Source: Utricularia gibba (Eukaryota > Plantae > Magnoliophyta). Taken from it: a stretch of 15,219 bases of DNA. The notes under the pieces are model-generated. The model made no database searches. It saw nothing but the letters and a program-made list of their open reading frames with translations, and was not told where the DNA came from. Shown piece after piece: positions 1 through 11,401 of this stretch (position 1 is the stretch's first letter; each line of letters starts with the position of its first letter). The stretch covers positions 1 to 15,219 of the forward strand of contig NEEC01000467.1 in the NCBI GenBank assembly GCA_002189035.1. Direction: 5' to 3'. The position numbers and the translations under genes are program-made.

Positions 1-196
1 CCGCCCAGAAACGACAAGCTTTTCCTTGAGAAACCATGTAGGCAGCCTATTAAAACCCAACGTTAATAAATGCATCACTTTTTTTGACAGGCTAAAAATG
101 ACTCTGGGAGCGAGCCCGACTCGACCTTTTGCCCGATACCGTGCCCCACTAGAGCGCCTCCTCAACTACAAAGCATGCGATTGACAAAAGCATTTT

Positions 197-511
197 GGGT
201 GCTCATGAAATCCTAACTTCAATAACTGCATCACGATTTTCGTCGAGTAGGACCAGATTTGGCAAAGGAGACAGACCGAACCTTGGGTCAGAACGAAGTT
301 CACAACGACATCACCCGCCAAAAACGACAAGCTTTTCCTTGAGAAAACCATTGAGGCAGCCTATTAAAACCAACCGTTAATAAATGCATCAAGTTTTTTG
401 CCGAGCTACAAATGACTATGGGCCCGAGCTCGACTCGACCTCCTACTCGATACCGTTGCCCCACGAGAGCACCTTATCAAATATAAAGCATGCGGTTGAG
501 AAAACCATTTT
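197..511 (+). repeat. Representative subtype B monomer (315 bp; 18 canonical copies in the window)
   Basis: Diagnostic strings: GACCAGAT, GGAGACAG, TTCACAACGAC, CCATTGAGG, CAAGTTTTTTGCCGAGCTAC, GGGCCCGAGCTC (ApaI and SacI sites), CCTCCTACTCG, GAGCACCTTATCAAATAT, GCGGTTGAGAAAACC. Confidence 0.95.
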
Positions 512-652
512 GGGTGCTCATGAAATCCTAACTTCAATAACTGCATCACGATTTTCGTCGAGTAGGACCCGATTTGGCAAAGGAGTCAGACCGAACCTTG
601 GTCAGAACGAAGTTCCAACGACATCACCCGCCAAAAACGACAAGCTTTTCCT
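339..652 (+). repeat. Internal ~157-bp sub-repeat: two diverged halves making up one monomer period
   Basis: 339-391 and 496-548 align without gaps at 40/53 identical bases (TTGAGAAAACCATT...AATAA[A/C]TGCATCA), offset 157 bp. Weaker gapless similarity continues beyond that block. Confidence 0.9.
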
Positions 653-823
653 TGAGAAAACCATTGAGGCAGCCTATTAAAACCAACGTTAATAAATGCA
701 TCAAGTTTTTTGCCGAGCTACAAATGACTATGGGCCGAGCTCGACTCGACCTCCTACTCGATACCGTTGCCCCACGAGAGCACCTTATCAAATATAAAGC
801 ATGCGGTTGAGAAAAACCATTTT

Positions 824-2074
824 GGGTGCTCATGAAATCCTAACTTCAATAACTGCATCACGATTTTCGTCGAGTAGGACCCGATGTGGCAAAGGAGTCA
901 GACGAACCTATGGTCAGAACGAAGTTCCAAAAGACATCACCCGCCCAGAAACGACAAGCTTTTCCTTGAGAAACCATGTAGGCAGCCTATTAAAACCCAA
1001 CGTTAATAAATGCATCAATTTTTTTGACAGGCTAAAAATGACTCTGGGCGAGCCCGACTCGACCTTTTGCCCGATACCGTGCCCCACTAGAGCGCCTCCT
1101 CAACTACAAAGCATGCGATTGAAAAAGCATTTTGGGTGCTCATGAAATCCTAACTTCAATAACTGCATCACGATTTTCGTCGAGTAGGACCAGATTTGGC
1201 AAAGGAGACAGACCGAACCTTGGGTCAGAACGAAGTTCACAACGACATCACCCGCCCAAAAACGACAAGCTTTTCCTTGAGAAAACCATTGAGGCAGCCT
1301 ATTAAAACCAACCGTTAATAAATGCATCAAGTTTTTTGCCGAGCTACAAATGACTATGGGCCCGAGCTCGACTCGACCTCCTACTCGATACCGTTGCCCA
1401 CGAGAGCACCTTATCAAATATAAAGCATGCGGTTGAGAAAACCATTTTGGGTGCTCATGAAATCCTAACTTCAATAACTGCATCACGATTTTCGTCGAGT
1501 AGGACCCGATGTGGCAAAGGAGTCAGACCGAACCTATGGTCAGAACGAAGTTCCAAAAGACATCACCCGCCCAGAAACGACAAGCTTTTCCTTGAGAAAC
1601 CATGTAGGCAGCCTATTAAAACCCAACGTTAATAAATGCATCATTTTTTTTGACAGGCTAAAATGACTCTGGGAGCGAGCCCGACTCGACCTTTTGCCCG
1701 ATACCGTGCCCCACTAGAGCGCCTCCTCAACTACAAAGCATGCGATTGACAAAAGCATTTTGGGTGCTCATGAAATCCTAACTTCAATAACTGCATCACG
1801 ATTTTCGTCGAGTAGGACCAGATTGGCAAAGGAGACAGACCGAACCTTGGGTCAGAACGAAGTTCACAACGACATCACCCGCCCAAAAACGACAAGCTTT
1901 TCCTTGAGAAAACCATTGAGGCAGCCTATTAAAACCAACCGTTAATAAATGCATCAAGTTTTTTGCCGAGCTACAAATGACTATGGGCCCGAGCTCGACT
2001 CGACCTCTACTCGATACCGTTGCCCACGAGAGCACCTTATCAAATATAAAGCATGCGGTTGAGAAAACCATTTT
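824..2074 (+). repeat. A-B dimer run, (AB)x2
   Basis: Monomers at 824 (A), 1134 (B), 1449 (A) and 1762 (B), typed by diagnostic strings. Confidence 0.9.
1449..1761 (+). repeat. Representative subtype A monomer (313 bp; 18 copies including the partial one at 1-196)
   Basis: Diagnostic strings: GACCCGATGT, GGAGTCAG, CCTATGG, TTCCAAAAGAC, CCATGTAGG, TTTGACAGGCTAA, GGGAGCGAGCCC (no SacI site), CCTTTTGCCCG, CACTAGAGCGCCTCCTCAACTAC, GCGATTGACAAAAGC. Manual alignment of consensus A against B gives about 38 differences (~88% identity). Confidence 0.95.
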
Positions 2075-2999
2075 GGGTGCTCATGAAATCCTAACTTCAA
2101 TAACTGCATCACGATTTTCGTCGAGTAGGACCAGATGTGGCAAAGGAGTCAGACCGAACCTTGGTCAGAACGAAGTTCCAACGACATCACCCGCCCAAAA
2201 ACGACAAGCTTTTCCTTGAGAAACAATGTAGGCAGCCTATTAAAACCAACGTTAATAATGCATCAAGTTTTTTGCGGCTACAAATGACTATGGGCCCGAG
2301 CTCGACTCGACTCCTGCTCGATACCGTTGCCCCACGAGAGCGCCTCCTCAAATATAAAGCATGCGGTTGAGAAAACCATTTTGGGTGCTCATGAATCCTA
2401 ACTTCAATAACTGCATCACGATTTTCGTCGAGTAGGACCCGATGTGGCAAAGGAGTCAGACCGAACCTTGGGTCGAACGAAGTTCCAACGACATCACCCG
2501 CCAGAAACGACAAGCTTTTCCTTGAGAAACTATGTAGGCAGCCTAATAAAGCCGAACGTTAATAAATGCATCAATTTTTTTGCCGGGCTACAAATGACTC
2601 TGGCCCGAGCTCGACTCGACCTCCTGCTCGATACCGTTGCCCCACGAGAGTGCCTTATCAAATATAAAGCATGCGGTTGAGAAAACCATTTTGGGTGCTC
2701 ATGAATCCTAACTTCAATAACTGCATCACGATTTTCGTCGAGTAGGACCCGATGTGGCAAAGGAGTCAGACCGAACCTTGGTCAGAACGAAGTTCCAAAA
2801 GACATCACCCGCCCAGAAACGACAAGCTTTTCCTTGAGAAACTATGTAGGCAGCCTATAAAGCCAACGTTAATAAATGCATCAATTTTTTTGCCGGGCTA
2901 CAAATGACTCTGGGCCGAGCTCGACTCGACCTCCTCGATACCGTTGCCCCACGAGAGTGCCTTATCAAATATAAAGCATGCGGTTGAGAAAACCATTTT
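2075..2999 (+). repeat. Variant monomers D, C, C interrupting the AB alternation
   Basis: 2075 is D (ACAATGTAGG, CCTGCTCG, GAGCGCCTCCTCAAATAT). 2383 and 2693 are C (ACTATGTAGG, ATAAAGCC, GCCGGGCTAC, GAGAGTGCC). Confidence 0.85.
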
Positions 3000-5178
3000 G
3001 GGTGCTCATGAAATCCTAACTTCAATAACTGCATCACGATTTTCGTCGAGTAGGACCCGATGTGGCAAAGGAGTCAGACCGAACCTATGGTCAGAACGAA
3101 GTTCCAAAAGACATCACCCGCCCAGAAACGACAAGCTTTTCCTTGAGAAACCATGTAGGCAGCCTATTAAAACCAACGTTAATAAATGCATCACTTTTTT
3201 TGACAGGCTAAAAATGACTCTGGGAGCGAGCCCGACTCGACCTTTTGCCGATACCGTGCCCCACTAGAGCGCCTCCTCAACTACAAAGCATGCGATTGAC
3301 AAAAGCATTTTGGGTGCTCATGAAATCCTAACTTCAATAACTGCATCACGATTTTCGTCGAGTAGGACCAGATTGGCAAAGGAGACAGACCGAACCTTGG
3401 GTCAGAACGAAGTTCACAACGACATCACCCGCCCAAAAACGACAAGCTTTTCCTTGAGAAAACCATTGAGGCAGCCTATTAAAACCAACCGTTAATAAAT
3501 GCATCAAGTTTTTTGCCGAGCTACAAATGACTATGGGCCCGAGCTCGACTCGACCTCCTACTCGATACCGTTGCCCCACGAGAGCACCTTATCAAATATA
3601 AAGCATGCGGTTGAGAAAACCATTTTGGGTGCTCATGAAATCCTAACTTCAATAACTGCATCACGATTTTCGTCGAGTAGGACCCGATGTGGCAAAGGAG
3701 TCAGACCGAACCTATGGTCAGAACGAAGTTCAAAAGACATCACCCGCCCAGAAACGACAAGCTTTTCCTTGAGAAACATTAGGCAGCCTATTAAAACCAA
3801 CGTTAATAAATGCATCAAGTTTTTTGCCGAGCTACAAATGACTCTGGGCGAGCTCGACTCGACCTCCTGCTCGATACCGTTGCCCACGAGAGCGCCTTAT
3901 CAAATATAAAGCATGCGGTTGAGAAAACATTTTGGGTGCTCATGAAATCCTAACTTCAATAACTGCATCACGATTTTCGTCGAGTAGGACCCGATGTGGC
4001 AAAGGAGTCAGACCGAACCTTGGTCAGAACGAAGTTCAAAAGACATCACCCGCAGAAACGACAAGCTTTTCCTTGAGAAACATGTAGGCAGCCTATAAAC
4101 CCAACGTTAATAAATGCATCAATTTTTTTGCCGAGCTACAAATGACTTGGGCCCGAGCTCGACTCGACCTCCTGCTCGATACCGTTGCCCCACGAGAGTG
4201 CCTTATCAAATATAAAGCATGCGGTTGAGAAAACCATTTTGGGTGCTCATGAATCCTAACTTCAATAACTGCATCACGATTTTCGTCGAGTAGGACCCGA
4301 TGTGGCAAAGGAGTCAGACCGAACCTATGGTCAGAACGAAGTTCCAAAGACATCACCCGCCCAGAAACGACAAGCTTTTCCTTGAGAAACCATGTAGGCA
4401 GCCTATTAAAACCCAACGTTAATAAATGCATCACTTTTTTTGACAGGCTAAAAATGACTCTGGGAGCGAGCCCGACTCGACCTTTTGCCCGATACCGTGC
4501 CCCACTAGAGCGCCTCCTCAACTACAAAGCATGCGATTGACAAAAGCATTTTGGGTGCTCATGAAATCCTAACTTCAATAACTGCATCACGATTTTCGTC
4601 GAGTAGGACCAGATTGGCAAAGGAGACAGACCGAACCTTGGGTCAGAACGAAGTTCACAACGACATCACCCGCCCAAAAACGACAAGCTTTTCCTTGAGA
4701 AAACCATTGAGGCAGCCTATTAAAACCAACCGTTAATAAATGCATCAAGTTTTTTGCCGAGCTACAAATGACTATGGGCCCGAGCTCGACTCGACCTCCT
4801 ACTCGATACCGTTGCCCCACGAGAGCACCTTATCAAATATAAAGCATGCGGTTGAGAAAACCATTTTGGGTGCTCATGAAATCCTAACTTCAATAACTGC
4901 ATCACGATTTTCGTCGAGTAGGACCAGATTTGGCAAAGGAGACAGACCGAACCTTGGTCAGAACGAAGTTCACAACGACATCACCCGCCAAAAACGACAA
5001 GCTTTTCCTTGAGAAAACCATTAGGCAGCCTATTAAAACCAACGTTAATAAATGCATCAAGTTTTTTGCCGAGCTACAAATGACTATGGGCCCGAGCTCG
5101 ACTCGACCTCCTGCTCGATACCGTTGCCCCACGAGAGCCCTTATCAAATATAAAGCATGCGGTTGAGAAAACCATTTT

Positions 5179-8100
5179 GGGTGCTCATGAAATCCTAACT
5201 TCAATAACTGCATCACGATTTTCGTCGAGTAGGACCCGATGTGGCAAAGGAGTCAGACCGAACCTATGGTCAGAACGAAGTTCCAAAAGACATCACCCGC
5301 CCAGAAACGACAAGCTTTTCCTTGAGAAACCATGTAGGCAGCCTATTAAAACCCAACGTTAATAAATGCATCATTTTTTTGACAGGCTAAAAATGACTCT
5401 GGGGAGCCCGACTCGACCTTTTGCCCGATACCGTGCCCCACTAGAGCGCCTCCTCAACTACAAAGCATGCGATTGAAAACATTTTGGGTGCTCATGAAAT
5501 CCTAACTTCAATAACTGCATCACGATTTTCGTCGAGTAGGACCAGATTTGGCAAAGGAGACAGACCGAACCTTGGGTCAGAACGAAGTTCACAACGACAT
5601 CACCAAAAACGACAAGCTTTTCCTTGAGAAAACCATTGAGGCAGCCTATTAAAACCAACGTTAATAAATGCATCAAGTTTTTTGCCGAGCTACAAATGAC
5701 TATGGGCCCGAGCTCGACTCGACCTCCTACTCGATACCGTTGCCCCACGAGAGCACCTTATCAAATATAAAGCATGCGGTTGAGAAAACCATTTTGGGTG
5801 CTCATGAATCCTAACTTCAATAACTGCATCACGATTTTCGTCGAGTAGGACCCGATGTGGCAAAGGAGTCAGACCGAACCTATGGTCAGAACGAAGTTCC
5901 AAAAGACATCACCCCCAGAAACGACAAGCTTTTCCTTGAGAAACCATGTAGGCAGCCTATTAAAACCCAACGTTAATAAATGCATCACTTTTTTTGACAG
6001 GCTAAAAATGACTCTGGGAGCGAGCCCGACTCGACCTTTTGCCCGATACCGTGCCCCACTAGAGCGCCTCCTCAACTACAAAGCATGCGATTGACAAAAG
6101 CATTTTGGGTGCTCATGAAATCCTAACTTCAATAACTGCATCACGATTTTCGTCGAGTAGGACCAGATTGGCAAAGGAGACAGACCGAACCTTGGGTCAG
6201 AACGAAGTTCACAACGACATCACCCGCCCAAAAACGACAAGCTTTTCCTTGAGAAAACCATTGAGGCAGCCTATTAAAACCAACCGTTAATAAATGCATC
6301 AAGTTTTTTGCCGAGCTACAAATGACTATGGGCCCGAGCTCGACTCGACCTCCTACTCGATACCGTTGCCCACGAGAGCACCTTATCAAATATAAAGCAT
6401 GCGGTTGAGAAAACCATTTTGGGTGCTCATGAAATCCTAACTTCAATAACTGCATCACGATTTTCGTCGAGTAGGACCCGATGTGGCAAAGGAGTCAGAC
6501 CGAACCTATGGTCAGAACGAAGTTCCAAAAGACATCACCCGCCCAGAAACGACAAGCTTTTCCTTGAGAAACATGTAGGCAGCCTATTAAAACCAACGTT
6601 AATAAATGCATCACTTTTTTTGACAGGCTAAAAATGACTCTGGGCGAGCCCGACTCGACCTTTTGCCCGATACCGTGCCCCTAGAGCGCCTCCTCAACTA
6701 AAAGCATGCGATTGAAAAAGCATTTTGGGTGCTCATGAAATCCTAACTTCAATAACTGCATCACGATTTTCGTCGAGTAGGACCAGATTGGCAAAGGAGA
6801 CAGACCGAACCTTGGTCAGAACGAAGTTCACAACGACATCACCCGCCCAAAAACGACAAGCTTTTCCTTGAGAAAACCATTGAGGCAGCCTATTAAACCA
6901 ACCGTTAATAAATGCATCAAGTTTTTTTGCCGAGCTACAAATGACTATGGGCCCGAGCTCGACTCGACCTCCTACTCGATACCGTTGCCCCACGAGAGCA
7001 CCTTATCAAATATAAAGCATGCGGTTGAGAAAACCATTTTGGGTGCTCATGAAATCCTAACTTCAATAACTGCATCACGATTTTCGTCGAGTAGGACCCG
7101 ATGTGGCAAAGGAGTCAGACCGAACCTATGGTCAGAACGAAGTTCAAAAAGACATCACCCGCCCAGAAACGACAAGCTTTTCCTTGAGAAACCATGTAGG
7201 CAGCCTATTAAAACCCAACGTTAATAAATGCATCACTTTTTTGACAGGCTAAAAATGACTCTGGGAGCGAGCCGACTCGACCTTTTGCCCGATACCGTGC
7301 CCCACTAGAGCGCCTCCTCAACTACAAAGCATGCGATTGACAAAAGCATTTTGGGTGCTCATGAAATCCTAACTTCAATAACTGCATCACGATTTTCGTC
7401 GAGTAGGACCAGATTGGCAAAGGAGACAGACCGAACCTTGGTCAGAACGAAGTTCACAACGACATCACCCGCCCAAAAACGACAAGCTTTTCCTTGAGAA
7501 ACCATTGAGGCAGCCTATTAAAACCAACCGTTAATAAATGCATCAAGTTTTTTGCCGAGCTACAAATGACTATGGGCCCGAGCTCGACTCGACCTCCTAC
7601 TCGATACCGTTGCCCCACGAGAGCACCTTATCAAATATAAAGCATGCGGTTGAGAAAACCATTTTGGGTGCTCATGAAATCCTAACTTCAATAACTGCAT
7701 CACGATTTTCGTCGAGTAGGACCGATTGGCAAAGGAGTCAGACCGAACCTTGGTCAGAACGAAGTTCACAACGACATCACCCGCCAAAACGACAAGCTTT
7801 TCCTTGAGAAAACCATTAGGCAGCCTATTAAAACCAACGTTAATAAATGCATCAAGTTTTTTGCCGAGCTACAAATGACTGGGCCCGAGCTCGACTCGAC
7901 CTCCTGCTCGATACCGTTGCCCCACGAGAGCACCTTATCAAATATAAAGCATGCGGTTGAGAAAACCATTTTGGGTGCTCATGAAATCCTAACTTCAATA
8001 ACTGCATCACGATTTTCGTCGAGTAGGACCGATGTGGCAAAGGAGTCAGACCGAACCTTGGTCAGAACGAAGTTCCAAAACATCACCCGCCAGAAACGAC

Positions 8101-8276
8101 AAGCTTTTCCTTGAGAAAATGTAGGCAGCCTATTAAAACCAACGTTAATAAATGCATCAATTTTTTTTGCCGCTACAAATGACTCTGGGCCCGAGCTCGA
8201 CTCGACCTCCTGCTCGATACCGTTGCCCCGAGAGCGCCTTATCAAATATAAAGCATGCGGTTGAGAAAACCATTTT
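5179..8276 (+). repeat. 10-monomer higher-order unit 1: (AB)x4 plus two variant monomers (B'/D-like and C-like), 3098 bp
   Basis: A at 5179, 5796, 6421, 7041; B at 5486, 6107, 6727, 7353; intermediates at 7666 and 7973. The intermediates share CCTGCTCG but lack some private D/C markers. Confidence 0.7.
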
Positions 8277-11200
8277 GGGTGCTCATGAAATCCTAACTTC
8301 AATAACTGCATCACGATTTTCGTCGAGTAGGACCCGATGTGGCAAAGGAGTCAGACCGAACCTATGGTCAGAACGAAGTTCCAAAAGACATCACCCGCCC
8401 AGAAACGACAAGCTTTTCCTTGAGAAACCATGTAGGCAGCCTATTAAAACCCAACGTTAATAAATGCATCACTTTTTTGACAGGCTAAAAATGACTCTGG
8501 GAGCGAGCCCGACTCGACCTTTTGCCCGATACCGTTGCCCCACTAGAGCGCCTCCTCAACTACAAAGCATGCGATTGAGAAAAGCATTTTGGGTGCTCAT
8601 GAAATCCTAACTTCAATAACTGCATCACGATTTTCGTCGAGTAGGACCAGATTGGCAAAGGAGACAGACCGAACCTTGGGTCAGAACGAAGTTCACAACG
8701 ACATCACCGCCCAAAAACGACAAGCTTTTCCTTGAGAAAACCATTGAGGCAGCCTATTAAAACCAACCGTTAATAAATGCATCAAGTTTTTTGCCGAGCT
8801 ACAAATGACTATGGGCCCGAGCTCGACTCGACCTCCTACTCGATACCGTTGCCCACGAGAGCACCTTATCAAATATAAAGCATGCGGTTGAGAAAACCAT
8901 TTTGGGTGCTCATGAAATCCTAACTTCAATAACTGCATCACGATTTTCGTCGAGTAGGACCCGATGTGGCAAAGGAGTCAGACCGAACCTATGGTCAGAA
9001 CGAAGTTCCAAAGACATCACCCGCCCAGAAACGACAAGCTTTTCCTTGAGAAACCATGTAGGCAGCCTATTAAAACCCAACGTTAATAAATGCATCACTT
9101 TTTTTGCAGGCTAAAAATGACTCTGGGAGCGAGCCCGACTCGACCTTTTGCCCGATACCGTGCCCACTAGAGCGCCTCCTCAACTACAAAGCATGCGATT
9201 GACAAAAGCATTTTGGGTGCTCATGAAATCCTAACTTCAATAACTGCATCACGATTTTCGTCGAGTAGGACCAGATTTGGCAAAGGAGACAGACCGAACC
9301 TTGGGTCAGAACGAAGTTCACAACGACATCACCCGCCCAAAAACGACAAGCTTTTCCTTGAGAAAACCATTGAGGCAGCCTATTAAAACCAACCGTTAAT
9401 AAATGCATCAAGTTTTTTGCCGAGCTACAAATGACTATGGGCCCGAGCTCGACTCGACCTCCTACTCGATACCGTTGCCCCACGAGAGCACCTTATCAAA
9501 TATAAAGCATGCGGTTGAGAAAACCATTTTGGGTGCTCATGAATCCTAACTTCAATAACTGCATCACGATTTTCGTCGAGTAGGACCCGATGTGGCAAAG
9601 GAGTCAGACCGAACTATGGTCAGAACGAAGTTCCAAAAGACATCACCCGCCCAGAAACGACAAGCTTTTCCTTGAGAAACCATGTAGGCAGCCTATTAAA
9701 ACCCAACGTTAATAAATGCATCACTTTTTTTGACAGGCTAAAAATGACTCTGGGAGCGAGCCCGACTCGACCTTTTGCCCGATACCGTGCCCCACTAGAG
9801 CGCCTCCTCAACTACAAAAGCATGCGATTGACAAAAGCATTTTGGGTGCTCATGAAATCCTAACTTCAATAACTGCATCACGATTTTCGTCGAGTAGGAC
9901 CAGATTTGGCAAAGGAGACAGACCGAACCTTGGGTCAGAACGAAGTTCAAACGACATCACCCGCCCAAAAACGACAAGCTTTTCCTTGAGAAAACCATTG
10001 AGGCAGCCTATTAAAACCAACGTTAATAAATGCATCAAGTTTTTTGCCGAGCTACAAATGACTATGGGCCCGAGCTCGACTCGACCTCCTACTCGATACC
10101 GTTGCCCCACGAGAGCACCTTATCAAATATAAAGCATGCGGTTGAGAAAACCATTTTGGGTGCTCATGAAATCCTAACTTCAATAACTGCATCACGATTT
10201 TCGTCGAGTAGGACCCGATGTGGCAAAGGAGTCAGACCGAACCTATGGTCAGAACGAAGTTCCAAAAGACATCACCCGCCAGAAACGACAAGCTTTTCCT
10301 TGAGAAACCATGTAGGCAGCCTATTAAAACCCAACGTTAATAAATGCATCACTTTTTTTTTGACAGGCTAAAATGACTCTGGGAGCGAGCCCGACTCGAC
10401 CTTTTGCCCGATACCGTGCCCCACTAGAGCGCCTCCTCAACTACAAAGCATGCGATTGACAAAAGCATTTTGGGTGCTCATGAAATCCTAACTTCAATAA
10501 CTGCATCACGATTTTCGTCGAGTAGGACCAGATTTGGCAAAGGAGACAGACCGAACCTTGGGTCAGAACGAAGTTCACAACGACATCACCCGCCCAAAAA
10601 CGACAAGCTTTTCCTTGAGAAAACCATTGAGGCAGCCTATTAAAACCAACCGTTAATAAATGCATCAAGTTTTTTGCCGAGCTACAAATGACTATGGGCC
10701 CGAGCTCGACTCGACCTCCTACTCGATACCGTTGCCCCACGAGAGCACCTTATCAAATATAAAGCATGCGGTTGAGAAAACCATTTTGGGTGCTCATGAA
10801 ATCCTAACTTCAATAACTGCATCACGATTTTCGTCGAGTAGGACCCGATTTGGCAAAGGAGACAGACCGAACCTTGGTCAGAACGAAGTTCACAACGACA
10901 TCACCCGCCAAAACGACAAGCTTTTCCTTGAGAAACAATGTAGCTATTAAAACCAACGTTAATAAATGCATCAAGTTTTTTTGCCGAGCTACAAATGACT
11001 ATGGGCCGAGCTCGACTCGACCTCCTGCTCGATACCGTTGCCCCACGAGAGCGCCTCCTCAAATATAAAGCATGCGGTTGAGAAAACCATTTTGGGTGCT
11101 CATGAAATCCTAACTTCAATAACTGCATCACGATTTTCGTCGAGTAGGACCCGATGTGGCAAAGGAGTCAGACCGAACCTTGGGTCAGAACGAAGTTCCA

Positions 11201-11401
11201 ACGACATCACCCCCAAAACGACAAGCTTTTCCTTGAGAAACTATGTAGGCAGCCTAATAAAGCCAACGTTAATAAATGCATCAATTTTTTTGCCGGGCTA
11301 CAAATGACTCTGGGCCCGAGCTCGACTCGACCTCCTGCTCGATACCGTTGCCCCGAGAGTGCCTTATCAAATATAAAGCATGCGGTTGAGAAAACCATTT
11401 T
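8277..11401 (+). repeat. 10-monomer higher-order unit 2: (AB)x4 + D + C, 3125 bp
   Basis: A at 8277, 8904, 9531, 10158; B at 8591, 9215, 9844, 10472; D at 10788; C at 11094. Confidence 0.85.

Noticed and set aside
320-412. Phased A/T tracts that might bend DNA
   Set aside because: Some spacings are near 11 or 22 bp (333, 344, 366) but the phase is not held across the monomer by eye. A curvature calculation would be needed.
243-450. MITE or transposon with terminal inverted repeats
   Set aside because: The 10-bp inverted repeat is internal to the monomer, there is no target-site duplication, and there is no transposase sequence.
197-511. Many 6-8-bp palindromes per monomer (TCATGA, AAGCTT, ATGCAT, GGGCCC, CGAGCTCG, GCATGC)
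   Set aside because: About 5 six-base palindromes are expected by chance in 315 bp, so the observed number is not clearly enriched.
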